This document shows, piece by piece, positions 60,356-64,000 of a stretch of 64,000 nt of DNA. Source of the stretch: Candidatus Thorarchaeota archaeon (GTDB lineage: Archaea; Asgardarchaeota; Thorarchaeia; Thorarchaeales; Thorarchaeaceae). The stretch lies in assembly GCA_020348985.1 (NCBI GenBank), contig CP070761.1:1011713-1075712 (forward strand), given 5' to 3'. Within the stretch, counting starts at the first letter, position 1; every line of letters begins with the position of its first letter. A program made the translations under genes and the position numbers. A model generated the notes under the pieces. That model saw only the letters and a program-made list of their open reading frames with translations. It was not told the DNA's origin and did no database searches.

Positions 60356-61744
60356 CTAAGCCCCTCCAACATTCATTTCCCGCAAACGTAGAGGAGGTCC
60401 GCCTGAAGTATCTGGAACATGCTGGGCGCTTTTACCGCAGGTCCCTGAATACAAATCTACGTCATTGCCGACAGCATCAATCTTCGAAAGGGTGTCTAGG
60501 TGCAGTCCCACCATTGACGCCCCATGAATCATTTGGCCAAGTTCACCATTCTCGATTTCATAGCCATGTGTAGACCTGAACATGAACTGCCCCTTGTCAG
60601 AAAGGGTATAACCACCCCCGACGCCGCACATCAACAGCCCAGTTTTCATGTCCGATATCATTTCGTCAAGGGTCCAATTGCCTGGTTCTACCAACGTAAC
60701 GCCCATTCTAGGGATTGGTTCGTACATAAAGGACTGAGACCTAGCGGCACCATTTGGCACCATGTCTAGTTGAGAAGAAGTGCCAAGTGTGTGGAGAAGC
60801 TCGTTCAGGATTCCCTTTTTGATGAGAACGCGTTTCTTTGATTTTGTCCCCTCCCAGTCGTACTCAAAAGATCCTCGCAGACCCTTTCTTGTTGGATCAT
60901 CGATGATAGTGATGTCCTCAATGCCAAGTCTTTGCTGGAATTTGTCTATGAAGACCGAGCCCTTCGATGTCCAGTTGTCAGCTTCACAAGCATGGCCAAA
61001 TGCTTCGTGTGCAAGGACACCAGTAAGATCAGGATCAATTATGATGTCCTGGACACCTCCTTTCGACTGCCTGGATTCCAAGAGCTTTGCTGCTAGAGAG
61101 GGTGCCTTTTGGGCTGATTCGAATGCGGCATCTCCAGAGACCACCTCGTATCCACCACTACCACCTAGGACGTCGAAGCCCCTGTGAGAACGGGCGCCCT
61201 TTCTCGCAATTGCGAAAACCTTCAACTGAGGCAATGAGAGACTCATTGCAACCTCTGTGCCGAACGAATTGGCAACAAACACGTCAACAGTCTGTTCGTC
61301 ATATGTTGTACGTGCCCTCACTATTGATTCATCAGTTGTGCTTGAGGTTTCATTCAGTTCCTTGAGAAAACCTACCTTCTCCTCCATTGATACTTCTCTC
61401 AAAGATGTCACAGTGGGATGGCTTGCTTTACCAGTAAATGTCGGTCCCTGCAACTCGAACTGATCTTTGACAGTCTTCGATGTCATTCTAGCAACTTGTG
61501 TCACCAATTTCCCGGCCTCAACCATTCCTCCGATTGTTAGGTCAGATGTTTGGGAGAAAGCCCAAGCGCCACCAAGAAAGGCCCTAAGTCCTGCGCCTCT
61601 GATAAGAGCACTTGACGCCTCCTTGACTTCACCATCAATCACCTCCAATCTGACTAACCTAGTTCTTTCGATCCTGATATCCGCGAATTCTGCACCTTCG
61701 TCCAATATTGTCTTGATGGCTTGAGTCGAGAGTTCTTCGTTCAT
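60356..61744 (-). CDS. tldD: TldD metalloprotease
   Basis: HEAFGHACEAD, YDWEG, PIPRM, CGK. Confidence 0.92.
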   Translation of the reverse strand: MNEELSTQAIKTILDEGAEFADIRIERTRLVRLEVIDGEVKEASSALIRGAGLRAFLGGAWAFSQTSDLTIGGMVEAGKLVTQVARMTSKTVKDQFELQGPTFTGKASHPTVTSLREVSMEEKVGFLKELNETSSTTDESIVRARTTYDEQTVDVFVANSFGTEVAMSLSLPQLKVFAIARKGARSHRGFDVLGGSGGYEVVSGDAAFESAQKAPSLAAKLLESRQSKGGVQDIIIDPDLTGVLAHEAFGHACEADNWTSKGSVFIDKFQQRLGIEDITIIDDPTRKGLRGSFEYDWEGTKSKKRVLIKKGILNELLHTLGTSSQLDMVPNGAARSQSFMYEPIPRMGVTLVEPGNWTLDEMISDMKTGLLMCGVGGGYTLSDKGQFMFRSTHGYEIENGELGQMIHGASMVGLHLDTLSKIDAVGNDVDLYSGTCGKSAQHVPDTSGGPPLRLREMNVGGA

Positions 61745-62484
61745 TGAGGAGCCTCCACGTTTTCAAAGAGAATGTCTCTGATTCGTTTGAAGGACTTCAG
61801 GTATTCACTATCACCCACAGAGTATGCGTTTAGCAGCCAATGATACATGGCAGTAACATCGGGGTCCGTAACGTCCTCTCTGACCATGTTTGCGATTTTC
61901 GTTCTCCACTTGTCTTGCATGAGTTCGATTCCTACTCTGAGTTCAATCAGTTCCTTTACCTTGTCGGAGGGGATATCAAGGTTGAATGATTTGAGGGTGC
62001 GCTGGATTTGTTCAGTTTCCCGCTTACGAAGAAAATCTGCCCCAAGATTCGGGGTTTCCATAGTTATGACATACTGCTTCGCAGCTCTTCGATAATAGTC
62101 GGTTGTCCTCTTGCCGGTTTTGAGAGTCCCATACCTAATAATGAAACCCTCTTCAATCATCTTGGGCAAATGATGGTTAACCTGATTCCTCGAAAGCTCC
62201 ATGATGTCTATGTGCTCTTCTGACATCTTCACAATCTCAGTGATTGAAAGGATATTGCGCAGCACAGATGTACGCTCCAACGTCTTTTCGCCAGACTCCT
62301 TGTCTACGGACTGTAGAGTTATTCTGTCCGGAACGCCTCGACTCAGTATCCGTATTATTGCGCGCCTCGCAGGATGGTCGAGTTCAATGGCCTTCTGTGG
62401 ATCTGTCAGAAACATGGCCTGTTTTTGGTCCTTCTTTCCTTCATCTGTAACTAAGATTCCCGAGATGCCGTCGCCGAGACTCAT
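61741..62484 (-). CDS. ArsR-like winged-HTH regulator heading the tldD-pmbA operon
   Basis: LDHPARRAII.IL, SRNQVNHHL.KM...G.I; ATGA overlap with tldD. Confidence 0.75.
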   Translation of the reverse strand: MSLGDGISGILVTDEGKKDQKQAMFLTDPQKAIELDHPARRAIIRILSRGVPDRITLQSVDKESGEKTLERTSVLRNILSITEIVKMSEEHIDIMELSRNQVNHHLPKMIEEGFIIRYGTLKTGKRTTDYYRRAAKQYVITMETPNLGADFLRKRETEQIQRTLKSFNLDIPSDKVKELIELRVGIELMQDKWRTKIANMVREDVTDPDVTAMYHWLLNAYSVGDSEYLKSFKRIRDILFENVEAPQ

Positions 62485-62514
62485 TTCATCAAAACCGACC
62501 TGATAGACGATTTG

Positions 62515-62555
62515 TGTTTGGTATAACAAACAGTAATTGTTTGTTGCTACAAACA
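62515..62555. promoter_or_regulatory. Two tandem palindromes TGTTTG-N6-CAAACA directly downstream of a minus-strand TATA box (CTTTATAT, 62562-62555)
   Basis: 62515-62532 and 62538-62555, identical half-sites. Confidence 0.75.
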
Positions 62556-62613
62556 TATAAAGGTTGACAATAGCGCTCTCAATATCTTCTGATCGAGACA
62601 GAACTTCTGGTAA

Positions 62614-62841
62614 TCAATCAGACCGGATTATGTCTGGCGGTCGAGGAAGCAGTGTTCGATCTATTCTGATGACTCTCACTGGGCATTGGAACTCGCAAGC
62701 TGTACAATCAATACAGTTTCCGGGATTTGCCAGCTCGGCTTTCTTGGCTTCTTTGTCTATTCGCCACACCCCTCTAGGACAAACGAGAATGCAGTCTTCG
62801 CAGCCAACACATGCATCATAATCGTATGTTATCACAATCAT
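62614..62841 (-). CDS. 2[4Fe-4S] ferredoxin in the HgcB position
   Basis: CVGCEDCILVCP, CIDCTACEFQCP. Confidence 0.9.
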   Translation of the reverse strand: MIVITYDYDACVGCEDCILVCPRGVWRIDKEAKKAELANPGNCIDCTACEFQCPVRVIRIDRTLLPRPPDIIRSD

Positions 62842-62846
62842 CGACC

Positions 62847-63809
62847 TCAGACAAGCCCTCCGGGAAAGTAGAAGCCCAATGCAAAGATGGCGATCAGCAG
62901 TATGAGTCCCACAATGATGTCGCGCTCCATCTGGACCTCACCCATGAACGGCGTAGCACCACCCCAATTGAAACCCACGAAGATAGACAGTCCCAGAATA
63001 GTAAGGCCAGTTGTGTCTAGCCAGACCAGTGGGGCCATGTAGAATACGACGACCACGACCTTCCATAAGAACAGTGAAAGAACTCCCGTTATGGTACCCT
63101 TAACCAAACCGGATGTTGTGGGCATCATCGGGTCCGCTATTGACATGAAAGTGCCAAATGCGTATGCGGCAAGCAAGAGAAGAATTAGATTCGAAGACCA
63201 AAAGCCAAACCAATCGAGAAGGGGACCTCCGAAGAGAGATAACACCCAGAATATTGGAGTCATCATGAGGAACATAGCAGTCTCAAAAACCAGATGTCTA
63301 AGGTTCTCTTCAAGACGGCTACGAAGTTCAAAGGTCACCAAGCTCTGCTCTGCAGACTTCTTGAAACCGTTCCCAATGAATTCACCAACATCATCTATGT
63401 CAACAGGCCCAAACACTGCATCCCAGCCATTGTCCTTCAATTCAGGTTTGGAAACTGCACTGGCAATTAGCTGTGGTAAGATGAGCATTCTGTGGTTGAC
63501 TGCTTCAGCAAGTTTGAATTCGTCAATTGCATCTAGGACTGAGGCTGTGTTCACATGTCCGCCTCTACTGCCGCACCACACGTTGATTCCTCTTCCGTCG
63601 ACCACTAGTAGATGGCATCTAATGCCTTGTCTCTCGATTGAGTCCATCACACGACTTACAGTAAGATAGTAGTTGACCGTGACAAGCACCGGAGACTCCT
63701 CGTTTGGTTCATTGAATGAATAGAGCCCAGTCGGGTATTCAATGGCCAGGACAGGCCACATCATCTGGCCACCCAGAACACACGCATAGTATTTTGCTCC
63801 TTTACTCAT
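62847..63809 (-). CDS. HgcA-like corrinoid-binding membrane protein (AcsC/CdhE-type domain plus about 5 TM)
   Basis: GLY...P..ESPVLVT.NY.LT, LLVVD..GINVWC, HR.LILPQL.A, FGPV; TM C-terminus. Confidence 0.8.
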   Translation of the reverse strand: MSKGAKYYACVLGGQMMWPVLAIEYPTGLYSFNEPNEESPVLVTVNYYLTVSRVMDSIERQGIRCHLLVVDGRGINVWCGSRGGHVNTASVLDAIDEFKLAEAVNHRMLILPQLIASAVSKPELKDNGWDAVFGPVDIDDVGEFIGNGFKKSAEQSLVTFELRSRLEENLRHLVFETAMFLMMTPIFWVLSLFGGPLLDWFGFWSSNLILLLLAAYAFGTFMSIADPMMPTTSGLVKGTITGVLSLFLWKVVVVVFYMAPLVWLDTTGLTILGLSIFVGFNWGGATPFMGEVQMERDIIVGLILLIAIFALGFYFPGGLV

Positions 63810-64000
63810 TTCTCCGCCTCCGCTACAAACAGGACAAGCATCCCTTGTAGGAATGATACCTTGTATCTTGGGTTCAGGCCAGCATTCTTCATGGCTTGAG
63901 CAACTCTGTGATGAGGGTGGGATATCAGAGTCGTCAGCTTGCTGACAATCCAGAAGCTTGCTCTCCTAATCATAGAGGTAAATGCCCCAATCAAACCGGC
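63806..64000 (-). CDS. C-terminus of a probable class I SAM-dependent methyltransferase (CpaM-like), partial
   Basis: Frame open to the window end; ends ...NAGL......FLQGMLVLFVAE; ATGA-coupled to the hgcA-like gene. Confidence 0.5.
   Translation of the reverse strand, partial: AGLIGAFTSMIRRASFWIVSKLTTLISHPHHRVAQAMKNAGLNPRYKVSFLQGMLVLFVAEAEK

Noticed and set aside
62614-63809. Calling these genes bona fide hgcA/hgcB
   Set aside because: The cap helix and HgcB motifs deviate from consensus and the Cys tail is absent

Overview
Gene-dense archaeal DNA, very probably an Asgard archaeon (Thorarchaeia-like). The evidence is a eukaryote-like actin, the archaeal proteasome-exosome superoperon, KEOPS subunits, HdrABC and tandem-HTH Lrp regulators. 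Housekeeping blocks are psmA-SBDS-rrp4-rrp41-rrp42-eL43-Brix-pcc1-pfdB-DUF3194-DHH-ecfAA'T, tsaC/THUMP/cgi121, hutH/U/I, znuABC, two large HdrA genes with hdrBC, and tldD/pmbA. The most notable items are: a wHTH-CARF gene coupled to a dsRBD-less RNase III and converging on an HD hydrolase, with no CRISPR in the window; a split Cwh43/PGAP2IP-like pair; a methyltransferase + HgcA-like corrinoid membrane protein + ferredoxin operon with a non-canonical cap helix; a Zn-ribbon/Pro-rich/coiled-coil gene next to actin; a MARF1-like NYN-2xLOTUS protein; an ITFG2/BBS2-like propeller; a PriL-CTD-like protein; two genes that apparently need AUA starts; a structured leader upstream of psmA; and several palindromic operators. 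I found no rRNA, intact tRNA, CRISPR array or transposase. All family calls come from motif recognition by eye, not database searches.
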